From: a virus
IMG/VR virus record: IMGVR_UViG_3300036795_000250
Coordinates: 65,194 to 129,193 of that record
DNA length: 64,000 nucleotides
Direction: 5' to 3' (one strand)
This document shows positions 50,575 to 58,993 of this stretch, one piece after another; the stretch's first letter is position 1; each line of letters begins with the position of its first letter. The notes under the pieces are model-generated. The model ran no database searches. It saw only the letters and a list, made by a program, of their open reading frames with translations, and was not told the origin of the DNA. The position numbers and the translations under genes were made by a program.

Positions 50575-50784
50575 TCAGACCTCCTTTTCGTTACGTTCGT
50601 GCAGTTCGACGAAATCCTGTGGTACCTCGGTCACCTCGGCGCCGTCGGATGATGTGTGGTAGTTCAGTTCGTAGATACCGACAGGGTCAGGTTGACCCGG
50701 GTCGTTATCGGTCGTCGGCTCATCGTCATAGACCGCCACCCGCAACAGATCGAGTGCCGGATGTTTCCACACACGTAGCGGCAC
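50575..50784 (-). CDS. array gene, hypothetical
   Basis: fills the gap between neighbours. Confidence 0.5.
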   Translation of the reverse strand: MPLRVWKHPALDLLRVAVYDDEPTTDNDPGQPDPVGIYELNYHTSSDGAEVTEVPQDFVELHERNEKEV

Positions 50785-50787
50785 AGA

Positions 50788-51294
50788 TCAGCCCCCCGTC
50801 ATGACGTCGCGGGCGAGCGACATCAGCGTGTCGATCTCATCTTCGCGACCCTCGAACAACTGCCAGTCGTCGTTGCCGTCGGCTCGAACGTGCACGGCAT
50901 AGGTATGCGCCGACGCGTCCCAGTCGATGGTGAGCAGTTCCCCGGATGCGGGCGCTGGGTTGTCGCTTGCCGGGCTGTCGGGGGCTGTCTGGGCACCGCG
51001 CGCCTTGAGGTGCTGGTACCGCGTGCCTGCCACGAATGCATCCATCCACAGCGCGGCAAGAGTGGTCTTGTTGTCGTCGGCTTCAGCTACGGTCATCCGA
51101 CCGTGCAACGCGACCAGGCCGCGCATGGCGCGCTGAGTAGCCGCGTACACCAGCGATTGGGTATTGACGATCCGCCCGGCAATGTCTGGGATTGACTGGC
51201 CGCTGTCCGCCTGCGCATCGGTGTCGATGAGTGCCTGCGAGATCAGCCAAAAGTCTGGGTGGTCGGGCCGATCGGGGAAATTCTTATCCGTCAT
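50788..51294 (-). CDS. array gene, hypothetical
   Basis: start MTDKNFPDRPDHPDF. Confidence 0.7.
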   Translation of the reverse strand: MTDKNFPDRPDHPDFWLISQALIDTDAQADSGQSIPDIAGRIVNTQSLVYAATQRAMRGLVALHGRMTVAEADDNKTTLAALWMDAFVAGTRYQHLKARGAQTAPDSPASDNPAPASGELLTIDWDASAHTYAVHVRADGNDDWQLFEGREDEIDTLMSLARDVMTGG

Positions 51295-51369
51295 GGTTGC
51301 GTGTCCTTCCTCTGTGGTTCTGGCCACCAGCGCAGCAACCGGGCTCTTGTCCGGTCACCACGCAAGCGG

Positions 51370-51855
51370 TCAGTCTCCGATCAGCAACGTACCGGCGTGA
51401 AGTTCCTTGGTGGTCACGTGTGGTGAGCTTTCACCCGGGTGAGGCATGTGCATGATCAGCCGCCCGGCATGTTCGGCGTCGGTGTCCGATGGGATGCGCC
51501 GCACGGTGAACGCGAACGCGCCGCGCGGGTCACCGACACTGATCATTACCGTAACGCTGTCTTCGCGCTCGTCCAGATGGATTGCAGCGGAGTTGACCCA
51601 CGACAGCGGGATCGGTTCCGGGTCGTGCGGGCCGTAGTCCACGCTGTCATCAGTGACCGGACCGTCAAGAAGGTTTTCGAGGCATAGCGCACCTTCGGGC
51701 CCACCGGAGAACACTTCGCCGTCTTGGGTGAGCGGTTCACTGCACGCGCGGCATCGGTGGGTTTCCTCGCGGTCCGTGTCGAACTCGACCGTGACGTACT
51801 CGACATCGTCCGTGACCTCTTGCGATTCACTGTCGATGCTGATCAGGGGAAGCAT
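51370..51855 (-). CDS. array gene, hypothetical
   Basis: stop inside the repeat; ISVGDPRGAF. Confidence 0.7.
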   Translation of the reverse strand: MLPLISIDSESQEVTDDVEYVTVEFDTDREETHRCRACSEPLTQDGEVFSGGPEGALCLENLLDGPVTDDSVDYGPHDPEPIPLSWVNSAAIHLDEREDSVTVMISVGDPRGAFAFTVRRIPSDTDAEHAGRLIMHMPHPGESSPHVTTKELHAGTLLIGD

Positions 51856-51934
51856 GGTTATGTCCTCTCGTTGGTTCTGGCAACCAACGGAACGAACGAG
51901 CCGGTCAGGGATCGCACGTTCCGCAAGTGGTCAG

Positions 51935-52501
51935 TCATTCGCCGCGCAGCTCCGCGTCATAGTGCATGGCGCCGTTCGCGTCGACCTTGTCGTAATCCAG
52001 GCCCAACGCATCGCAGAGGTGGCGCGCGTTGGCCAGGAAGTCACCCAACACCAATTCGGGCGACTCGTCAGAGACTAAGGTCATGAGCGCAAACGAGCGA
52101 AGACCTCTCAGCGCCCACTGTGCACGCAGGTAGTTGTCTGCGGAATAGTCTTTCCAGTCGAGTTGATCATCACTCGTGCACTCGTCAAGGTCAACAAGTC
52201 TGACGTCGTCGGGGATCGACTCCATGAACGGCGTGGCTGGATAGAGCACTTCCGCAGCATCGGAAGCCGGGGGGCTGCTGGTCAGCTTGCGCCAGTTGAT
52301 CGGCCCGTTGTGGGCGGACAGCAACGTATCGAGTTGGGCGAAATCGGCCGCCAGTTGGCTTTGGTAGTCGTCCGCCCGCGAACGGTGTTCCGACGCTGCC
52401 ATGTATCGCAAGGCGCCATCCGACTCATCCGCCGCTTTATGCTCATTGTCAATTCGAGCGAGTAGCTCACGAATGCCCATCAACAATTCACGTTCGGCCA
52501 T
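51935..52501 (-). CDS. array gene, hypothetical
   Basis: DFLANARHLCD..GLDY; stop abuts the repeat. Confidence 0.7.
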   Translation of the reverse strand: MAERELLMGIRELLARIDNEHKAADESDGALRYMAASEHRSRADDYQSQLAADFAQLDTLLSAHNGPINWRKLTSSPPASDAAEVLYPATPFMESIPDDVRLVDLDECTSDDQLDWKDYSADNYLRAQWALRGLRSFALMTLVSDESPELVLGDFLANARHLCDALGLDYDKVDANGAMHYDAELRGE

Positions 52502-52576
52502 TGCTCTCACCTTTCTCTGTGGTCTGGCAACCAACACAGTGCACGGACCACTAGGGCCCGTGCGCCACGCAAGCGG

Positions 52577-52831
52577 TCAGCCATTGACGTACGATTCTGC
52601 GATGGTGAGGAATTCCTTGTAGCTCTTGGGCGGCTTCGTCATTCCGAACTGAGATGGATCGACAACCGGCCTGTTTGACCAGCTCGATTTGTCATCCCGC
52701 TTGGCACCGAACGAGAGTCCGCTAGTGCCGCGCGCGTTGACCAGCGTGTAGCGGGTTCCAGACTCGGACACCCATTCGACCGCAAACGCAGCGAGGTTGC
52801 TGACGTTGACGAGACCCACTTTTTCAGTCAT
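52577..52831 (-). CDS. array gene, hypothetical
   Basis: start MTEKVG; stop inside the repeat. Confidence 0.65.
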   Translation of the reverse strand: MTEKVGLVNVSNLAAFAVEWVSESGTRYTLVNARGTSGLSFGAKRDDKSSWSNRPVVDPSQFGMTKPPKSYKEFLTIAESYVNG

Positions 52832-52898
52832 TGCTCTACCTCCGTTGTCTGGCAACCAACACAGTGCGCGGACCGAAGCCCGTGCGCCATGCAAGTGG

Positions 52899-53147
52899 TC
52901 AGTTGGCCAGTCCGCCCGGGTATTCGTCCGACTGATACACATCGCGTCCCTGGTCAAAGCCGTTCGTGTAGTGACCCTCACCGGACTCGTACGCGTCCTG
53001 CTCGGACTGAGTACCCGTACCGAGGTCATCACTGGCCGCCCAGTCGTAACCAGCGTGGAAGCCGACCCGAGCCTGTTCCCGTGCCTCACCCTGCAAACCG
53101 ATCTGATCGAGCCACGCGGACACGTCGAACGCTGGATTTTCCGTCAT
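52899..53147 (-). CDS. array gene, acidic hypothetical
   Basis: stop inside the repeat. Confidence 0.65.
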   Translation of the reverse strand: MTENPAFDVSAWLDQIGLQGEAREQARVGFHAGYDWAASDDLGTGTQSEQDAYESGEGHYTNGFDQGRDVYQSDEYPGGLAN

Positions 53148-53228
53148 GATCCAAAACCTCTCTGTCGTTGGTCTGAGAACACAACAGAGCGGCTATCTCC
53201 CCCTCGTGGATAGCCGCTCGATGAGTCA

Positions 53229-53615
53229 TCAGAGCTTGACGCCGAACACGTTGACGCGCTCGACGTAGTAAGGGCCGACGTAGTGTGTCCACCGACGGCT
53301 GACACTCGCCACGATGGCCGCCCACAGTCGCGAGTTGAAGTCCGGGCCGTCCCCCTCGACGTGCGCGCTTCTCTCGGTCAGCACGCCCGTGTAGGGGTCC
53401 TCGTACGGCTTGAGCTCGCTCAGCCAGGTACGGCGGTCGTAGGGACCAGGATCCGCGCTCGGAGAGCCGAATCCCTCACCCTCCAACCAGTCCGCGCACT
53501 CCCGTGCGTTGTCGAACGAGTGGGAGTCGGTGCGTTCGTCGGTGCGCTCCCTCTCGTCTGCTCCCTCTTCCCACGCTGCGTAGGTTGCCGTGTGGACTTC
53601 AATGGTGATTTTCAT
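53229..53615 (-). CDS. array gene, hypothetical
   Basis: start MKITIE; stop inside the repeat. Confidence 0.65.
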   Translation of the reverse strand: MKITIEVHTATYAAWEEGADERERTDERTDSHSFDNARECADWLEGEGFGSPSADPGPYDRRTWLSELKPYEDPYTGVLTERSAHVEGDGPDFNSRLWAAIVASVSRRWTHYVGPYYVERVNVFGVKL

Positions 53616-53710
53616 GGTTGGTGGGCTCCCTAGGTGGGCTGATTGAACAACAGAACGGCCACCGTGTGATCGATGGCCGTTCGATGAACCGTCAGACCTT
53701 GTGCGCGCAC

Positions 53711-54088
53711 TCAGGCTTGCGCTACGTCCGCGACGTGTTCGAGCAGCGGAACAACGCCGTTGCTCTTGGGTGTCCAGGAAACCGCGTGCCCTCGGTCTCC
53801 GCCGAGAGGGGAACCGCAGCCGTCGCATGATGACGACGAAAACCAAGGTTCGCAGGATTCGACCTCGGTACCGGTTGCGCGCGCCTCCCTGCCGCAGTGC
53901 TCGCAGTCCAGCGAACCGAGCGTGATATCCGTGTCACCCCACAACGCGGCCATTTTGTCACTCTGCGCGCTGGTGATGTCTTCCCCGGAACTGTCCAGTA
54001 CCTCGCCGTTGGCGAGCAGCGCGACGCAATCCGTACAGATAGTCAGTTCGGTTGTGTCGAATTCCTTGCCGTTCACGCCAATTGTCAT
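53711..54088 (-). CDS. array gene, Cys-rich hypothetical
   Basis: ICTDC..FSSSSCDGCGSPLGGDR. Confidence 0.7.
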   Translation of the reverse strand: MTIGVNGKEFDTTELTICTDCVALLANGEVLDSSGEDITSAQSDKMAALWGDTDITLGSLDCEHCGREARATGTEVESCEPWFSSSSCDGCGSPLGGDRGHAVSWTPKSNGVVPLLEHVADVAQA

Positions 54089-54161
54089 TGCTCTCAACTC
54101 CTGTTGTCTGGCAACCAACGGAGCGAACGAGCCCGTAGGGGATCGCACGCTCCGCAAGCGG

Positions 54162-54380
54162 TCAGCTATCCAACCGATCCATCATGTGACCGAACATCAC
54201 GTGTAGCCGCGTGTTGACCTTGACGCGTGCCGCGTTGACGATGGCAGGGTCAACACCCAACGTGATGAGCGCAGCCTCTCCCGCGTCGATAGCGTCCTTG
54301 CCCGGGTAGTTCATGATGATGTTGTAGGCCAGTTCGACCCTGTGATCCTCCGTTGTGGTGGTCGTGATCTTTCCGTTCAT
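54162..54380 (-). CDS. array gene, hypothetical
   Basis: stop inside the repeat. Confidence 0.6.
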   Translation of the reverse strand: MNGKITTTTTEDHRVELAYNIIMNYPGKDAIDAGEAALITLGVDPAIVNAARVKVNTRLHVMFGHMMDRLDS

Positions 54381-54452
54381 TGCGCAGCCCTCTCGTTGTC
54401 TGCCAACCAACACCGCGCACGGACCGCTAGAGCCCGTGCGCCATGCAAGCTG

Positions 54453-54740
54453 TCAGCGTTTGTCGTCGGCGACCACGTCGCCGCACATTTCGTGGTCGTG
54501 TTCCTGGTCGCCTGGCATGGCGCACGTGCGCTGATCTGGTTGCACGTCGTCCGGGTTGAATGCGCGGAGTAGGTCAGCGCCGGTACGTGTCACGGTCCAT
54601 TCGCGGTGCCCTGCCGATCGGGGGCGAACGAGTCGCGCGTCCCACACAGCGCGCCACTGGTCATCATTCGCACGGGCATCCCGAGTGTTGAACCGCGCTA
54701 CGTGTTTCAGCACGTGCTCGATAGTGAGTCTTTCGCCCAT
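54453..54740 (-). CDS. array gene, hypothetical
   Basis: start MGERLT; stop inside the repeat. Confidence 0.6.
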   Translation of the reverse strand: MGERLTIEHVLKHVARFNTRDARANDDQWRAVWDARLVRPRSAGHREWTVTRTGADLLRAFNPDDVQPDQRTCAMPGDQEHDHEMCGDVVADDKR

Positions 54741-54814
54741 TGTGTTGCCCTTCCGTTGGCCTGAGTAACTAGCAGTGTGCACGGGCTCTTGTCCGTGCAC
54801 ACTGCCGTAGCTGA

Positions 54815-55009
54815 TCAGGGTTGCGGTGAGTCGTGCCCAGAGTTGAGCTGATCGCAGAGCGCTTCCGCCTGTCCGGCGGTCTCGCGTTCTTGCGACGGGT
54901 AGGCGCTGGTATCGCCGTTGCGGTAGGCAATCCACGCGTCGTAGTCGACCACGCGGAAGCTGTCCGTCTCATTGGTGTTCGAGTGCGGACGTAGGACGAC
55001 ATAGCCCAT
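54815..55009 (-). CDS. array gene, hypothetical
   Basis: stop inside the repeat. Confidence 0.6.
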   Translation of the reverse strand: MGYVVLRPHSNTNETDSFRVVDYDAWIAYRNGDTSAYPSQERETAGQAEALCDQLNSGHDSPQP

Positions 55010-55088
55010 TATTTTGACCTTTCATTACTAGGCTGATCACCTAGCACGGTGCGCGGGCTCTACAGTCCGTGCGCCATGCCGTAGCTGA

Positions 55089-55424
55089 TCAGCGGAGCAC
55101 TGGCATGCTTGGCTGGAGTAGCTTCCGCAGCTCCGCTGCCTGGTCTCCACCTTGACGCATGATCGACTCGACCAGCATCACAGTCAGCTCAACCGCGCTT
55201 GGGAGGTGCATTTCGGCGGCTTGGTCTGCGAGTTGCTGACATTCGGAGTCCGGATTCAGGTCCCCACCACAGTCACAGCCGTCAGTTGACGGCCCGTGTT
55301 CATAGTTCGAGCACAGTTCGTCCCCGTCAATCGTTACGGGATCCATTACCCACGTACGTGCACCCGACTCGTCTTCGGCCAAATTCAGATAGACCGCTAC
55401 CGATTCTTCTATCTTGTGTTTCAT
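55089..55424 (-). CDS. array gene, hypothetical
   Basis: start MKHKIE; stop inside the repeat. Confidence 0.6.
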   Translation of the reverse strand: MKHKIEESVAVYLNLAEDESGARTWVMDPVTIDGDELCSNYEHGPSTDGCDCGGDLNPDSECQQLADQAAEMHLPSAVELTVMLVESIMRQGGDQAAELRKLLQPSMPVLR

Positions 55425-55499
55425 TGTCTCTCTGTCCTTCCTAGGCTGATCACCTAGCACGGTGCGCGGACCGTAACCCGTGCGCCATGCCGTAGCCGA

Positions 55500-55706
55500 T
55501 CAGATCATGCCGTCTGAGTACCAAGGCTCATCTTCGTACTCACTCGTTCCGTTGCAGGCAGCACAATCAGCCGTGCATACCGCGTCCCACGTGGAGCGTG
55601 GCGAGCGTTGCACCATGGTGTGACCGTTGACCGCCCGGTACGGCTTGCGCCACTCCTCGTTGTCCTGCTCCGCGATCAGGTCTCGTGTGTTCACTTGCTG
55701 TGTCAT
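55500..55706 (-). CDS. array gene, hypothetical
   Basis: start MTQQVN; stop inside the repeat. Confidence 0.6.
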   Translation of the reverse strand: MTQQVNTRDLIAEQDNEEWRKPYRAVNGHTMVQRSPRSTWDAVCTADCAACNGTSEYEDEPWYSDGMI

Positions 55707-55796
55707 CGTTCGGCCCTCCTTACTCCGTTGTCTGGCAACCAACGGAACGAACGAGCCTGTAGAGGGATCGCGCGTTCCGCAAGTGGTCAGAGCCGA

Positions 55797-56069
55797 TCAG
55801 GCACGCTCACGCGTGAACGGGTGAATCGTGGTGAGCCGTTCCCCGTTCATCGTGGTGTGACCCGGTAGTCCGTTCTTACGGACGCGAAACCAGCCATTCC
55901 AGGGACTGTGATAGGTCTCGGCGTAGGTGGGGTCACTCAGGTGCACCGTGTCCGCGAACACGACCGTTACGCGGTCAAGGTCATAATCCCAGTAGCTCCC
56001 CCCGTCGGTGATCCGCTCACCGTTCGCCGTCAAGAACCGTGCATCCGTGTTCGGGTCGATGTTTTCCAT
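55797..56069 (-). CDS. array gene, hypothetical
   Basis: stop in the CTGATCGG tail. Confidence 0.6.
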   Translation of the reverse strand: MENIDPNTDARFLTANGERITDGGSYWDYDLDRVTVVFADTVHLSDPTYAETYHSPWNGWFRVRKNGLPGHTTMNGERLTTIHPFTRERA

Positions 56070-56158
56070 CGTGTGGCCTTTCTAGGTAGTCCGATAAAGC
56101 AAGTGAATGGCTACCGGGAATGCCGCTAGCCATTCAATGAGTCATCGGGCCGATCAGA

Positions 56159-56356
56159 TCATTTCTTTGGTTCTATGGTGAGATCTCCGATAGCCAACGT
56201 GGCTGACCTCATCGAACGGTGGACAGAGACGGTCAGCCAGTTGTGCCACTCGTCTTGTTTTTTGACCGAGTAGAATTGGCCAAGCATGCCGTTTCGGCGG
56301 ATGCGATAGTCGCCGATTTGCCATTCCCAGCCGCGAACTATTGTTATGGTTTTCAC
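56159..56356 (-). CDS. array gene, lower-GC hypothetical
   Basis: GTG start next to the truncated repeat. Confidence 0.5.
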   Translation of the reverse strand: MKTITIVRGWEWQIGDYRIRRNGMLGQFYSVKKQDEWHNWLTVSVHRSMRSATLAIGDLTIEPKK

Positions 56357-56401
56357 TAGTTGTGCTCCGTAGGGGGTCGCGCGTTCCGCAAGCGGTCAGA
56401 A

Positions 56402-56743
56402 TCAGTCGACTGGCACGGTCTCACTGGCAACGTGTTCCGTGCACATGTACACGTCGCCCTGCAAGCCGCCCAGACGGACCGTGACGGCTCCCGGGTTCGG
56501 GCAGTCGCCAGACCACCCGCACGGGTCGGCAGGGCTCCCACCAGCCGCACGGGAGCCGAGCACGCTGCGCAGTTTCTGCCGCGCGATCACGCGCAGCGTG
56601 TGCGTGCCGAACCGCTTGTCCAACCGCACGAGATAGGCAATCTCTGCCGCGATCTCGTCATCCGTGAACAGGCTTGGTCTCGTCTGTGGGGTTGGCTCGT
56701 TCATCCGGGCTTTGCCGGGTACGTACTTCTCTCCGCCACGCAT
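56402..56743 (-). CDS. array gene, hypothetical
   Basis: start MRGGEK; C-terminal C..C..C.H. Confidence 0.55.
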   Translation of the reverse strand: MRGGEKYVPGKARMNEPTPQTRPSLFTDDEIAAEIAYLVRLDKRFGTHTLRVIARQKLRSVLGSRAAGGSPADPCGWSGDCPNPGAVTVRLGGLQGDVYMCTEHVASETVPVD

Positions 56744-56825
56744 GGTCTTGTCCTTTCTAGGCTGATCACCTAGCACAGCGCGCGGGCCCTAGTGGTCCGT
56801 GCACCATGCCGTAGCTGATCAGAGG

Positions 56826-57011
56826 TCACAGCACCTGTTCAAGGTCGGCAGTCACGTAGCTGCGTTCCGCACCGGACTTGTCCAGTTTGACGACCGTCAT
56901 CTCTGGTACCTGGTGTTGCCGCACGACTACCCCGTACCGGTCACCTCGCATCCATTGATCTGTCCAGACCGGAATCTCGACACGTGTTCCTGGTGCGTAT
57001 GTGCCTGTCAT
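56826..57011 (-). CDS. array gene, small beta-rich hypothetical
   Basis: GTRVEI...D.WMRGDRYG.V..VKLDKSG. Confidence 0.65.
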   Translation of the reverse strand: MTGTYAPGTRVEIPVWTDQWMRGDRYGVVVRQHQVPEMTVVKLDKSGAERSYVTADLEQVL

Positions 57012-57080
57012 TTTCCCTACCTCTCTGGTCTGAGTAGCTAGCACAGTGCACGGGCAAGCCGTGCACCATGCCGTAGCCGA

Positions 57081-57335
57081 TCAGTACTCGAAGTCGGCTG
57101 AGCCGATCAGCATCGCGGCGAATGCGATGCCTTCTAGGAAATCTGCGCTCACCGCTTGCGCTGCCCACTCAGTCCCTGCCAGACACTCAACGAGGTTCTG
57201 TCGGTCGGTAGTGATCATCTCTTGCAGTCGCTGAGCTAGTCCGTCCCGCGCTTCCCGGATGCCCTCGGAGCGGCTGGATTCGGTCAGCGCGGCGATTTTG
57301 TCTACGTAGTCGCCGATCTGCTCTTCTGTGGTCAC
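57081..57335 (-). CDS. array gene, hypothetical
   Basis: stop inside the repeat. Confidence 0.6.
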   Translation of the reverse strand: MTTEEQIGDYVDKIAALTESSRSEGIREARDGLAQRLQEMITTDRQNLVECLAGTEWAAQAVSADFLEGIAFAAMLIGSADFEY

Positions 57336-57430
57336 GGATTGACCCTCTCGTCATGGTGGGCCGATAAGCCAACAGAACGGCCCTCACGTGCTCTGTGTGG
57401 GCCGTTCGATGAGTCATCGGGGTACATCCC

Positions 57431-57805
57431 CTACCGGGGGTCGACGATGCGCGTACGGATGCCGTCGGGCCCTGCCGCGATTTCGGTCACGAGACCGCGT
57501 GGGTTGATGGTGAGCGCGTACTCATGTGCCGCTTCGATGTCACTGACACGCGGCGCTGGCTGATCGGTGTACGTGCTCAGGTAGGGCATGCCGAGAGCAT
57601 CCCGGTAGATCCCCGCTTCCCCCCACGTGACGGGGAAGCTGAACGGCTCACCAGTCTCGGTCAGGAGTTGCGCCATCCAGTTGTCGAGCACGCGGACAGA
57701 CATCGTCTTGCCCGCGACGCGCATGTGCACGCATACCTCGGAGCCTGGAAGCTCGATCGCGACCACGTCGCCAACGGCGACGGTTGTGGTCAAATACTTG
57801 CGCAT
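57431..57805 (-). CDS. array gene, hypothetical
   Basis: start MRKYLTT after GAGGA. Confidence 0.6.
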   Translation of the reverse strand: MRKYLTTTVAVGDVVAIELPGSEVCVHMRVAGKTMSVRVLDNWMAQLLTETGEPFSFPVTWGEAGIYRDALGMPYLSTYTDQPAPRVSDIEAAHEYALTINPRGLVTEIAAGPDGIRTRIVDPR

Positions 57806-57900
57806 AACAATCAATCCTCTGTGTAGGCGCCGATAAGCCAACGGAGCGGCTACCGGCAAGGTCGGTAGCCGTTCGATGAGTCATCGGTGTGTAGAGCCGA

Positions 57901-58110
57901 TCAGGCGACTTCGGTCCGGAGCAACCGCGCCAATCGGTAGTAGGTGGCATTCGGCAGTGCGCTGAAAAGCGCGTCGCGAATGGCGAGCGCGTCCGCTTTC
58001 ACCGTGTCCTGAAACACCGTGCGGTCAGCGCTGCCAACGTCGCCCGGGAGCGGTACAGGCAGGCACGTGACGCTGAGCGTGCCCCAACTGTGGATAGTCA
58101 GGTCAGTCAT
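57901..58110 (-). CDS. array gene, hypothetical
   Basis: start MTDLTI. Confidence 0.6.
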   Translation of the reverse strand: MTDLTIHSWGTLSVTCLPVPLPGDVGSADRTVFQDTVKADALAIRDALFSALPNATYYRLARLLRTEVA

Positions 58111-58184
58111 GCTCTTGTCCTCTCTGTGGTCTGAGTAGCTAGCACGGTGCGCGGACCGAAGCCCGTACACCGTGCCGTAGCTGA

Positions 58185-58790
58185 TCAGAGCAATTCCGCC
58201 TTGCCGCTGTCGGTGAGCACGTACCGGCCGTCCGCGTTGAGCTCAACCCAGCCGTGCTGAACCAACACGTCGATCATGGTTCCGGGATTGCCCTGCGAGC
58301 GCAGGCCACGCGCGATCATGCGCAACTCGCGTTGCGCCGGAGTGCCCGGGGAGGTGTCCACCGTGTCAGCGGCAACCGTGACGACGATGGAACGCGGATC
58401 GACCAGGTAGGAAACCCCGATCGGCGCACGGTTGAATTCGGCCCGCACATCGTCGGTGATCTGCGGTACCGCTTCCGCGCGGAAGCATTGCCGCGCCGCG
58501 CTCTCGGAGGATGCTTCCACGGTGGCGGAATACTCCCGTTTGCCGTTGAGCGAGGATGCCGTCACGGTGTACGTATGCAGCTGCACGGTGGGAGTGTGCC
58601 TGTTGTCGATCATGTAACTTCCCTTCTCAGAATCGAGAATCCAGCGATCAGGCTGAGCTATGACGCTCAAGGTTCCGATATCGAGCCTGCCTGATCGGTC
58701 GGTAGTGGAGTCGGGCGTCACTGCGACGTAGCTACCGGTGGACATATGGCGGAGCTCTCTCGCCAGTTCATCTCGCCCCATCGTGATCAC
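58185..58790 (-). CDS. first array gene, hypothetical with C-terminal winged-helix-like end
   Basis: LVQHGWVE...RYVLTDSGK; stop inside the repeat. Confidence 0.65.
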   Translation of the reverse strand: MITMGRDELARELRHMSTGSYVAVTPDSTTDRSGRLDIGTLSVIAQPDRWILDSEKGSYMIDNRHTPTVQLHTYTVTASSLNGKREYSATVEASSESAARQCFRAEAVPQITDDVRAEFNRAPIGVSYLVDPRSIVVTVAADTVDTSPGTPAQRELRMIARGLRSQGNPGTMIDVLVQHGWVELNADGRYVLTDSGKAELL

Positions 58791-58993
58791 TAGTCACGGT
58801 CAGCGGATTGACTACACGGATGCGTTCGACCGTGCGCACTTTATGTTGGGGCCTCCGGACTCTCACGGCTGGTATCCGCCAGCGCTATGTCCCAAGGGCC
58901 TTGTGTCCCGAGGGCTCGAACCCCGGTGACGCCGATCTGTTCTCAGTCTCTCTGTCGTCACTACATCTGCGACGTTAGCCAGTTCCGTAAACG

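Larger units (their letters stand above)
47821..56399 (-). repeat. intergenic hairpin repeat family A (coding strand CTGAC(C/A)(G/A)CTTGC-stem-loop-G(T/C)TGGTTGCCAG), 12 full + 1 partial
   Basis: copies at 47821-47872, 48474-48526, 49260-49313, 49616-49668, 50358-50408, 51320-51373, 51877-51934, 52524-52580, 52849-52902, 54108-54165, 54400-54456, 55732-55790, partial 56365-56399. Confidence 0.9.
53173..57887 (-). repeat. intergenic hairpin repeat family B (coding strand CYGATGACTCATCGA-stem-loop-TCTGTTGGCTTATCGG), 5 copies
   Basis: copies at 53173-53232, 53639-53695, 56091-56148, 57361-57420, 57830-57887. Confidence 0.85.
54761..58188 (-). repeat. intergenic hairpin repeat family C (coding strand CTGATC(A/G)GCTACGGCA-stem-loop-TGCTAG..TCAG), 6 copies
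   Basis: copies at 54761-54818, 55033-55092, 55446-55503, 56762-56822, 57030-57084, 58131-58188. Confidence 0.9.

Noticed and set aside
53173-53232. Hammerhead ribozyme (CTGATGA on the minus strand)
   Set aside because: No GAAA core or three-stem junction; other family B copies start CCGATGA or CTGACGG
47821-58188. CRISPR array
   Set aside because: Spacers are whole genes of 190-700 bp, repeats are degenerate and 50-60 nt, and the only Cas-like gene is a generic Cas4/RecB-type nuclease in the replication operon
47821-58188. Canonical integron attC sites
   Set aside because: No RYYYAAC/GTTRRRY ends on the coding strand and no IntI in the window; only the architecture is analogous
58900-58990. 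tRNA gene
   Set aside because: Only a T-arm-like hairpin; no acceptor stem, D arm or anticodon arm could be folded
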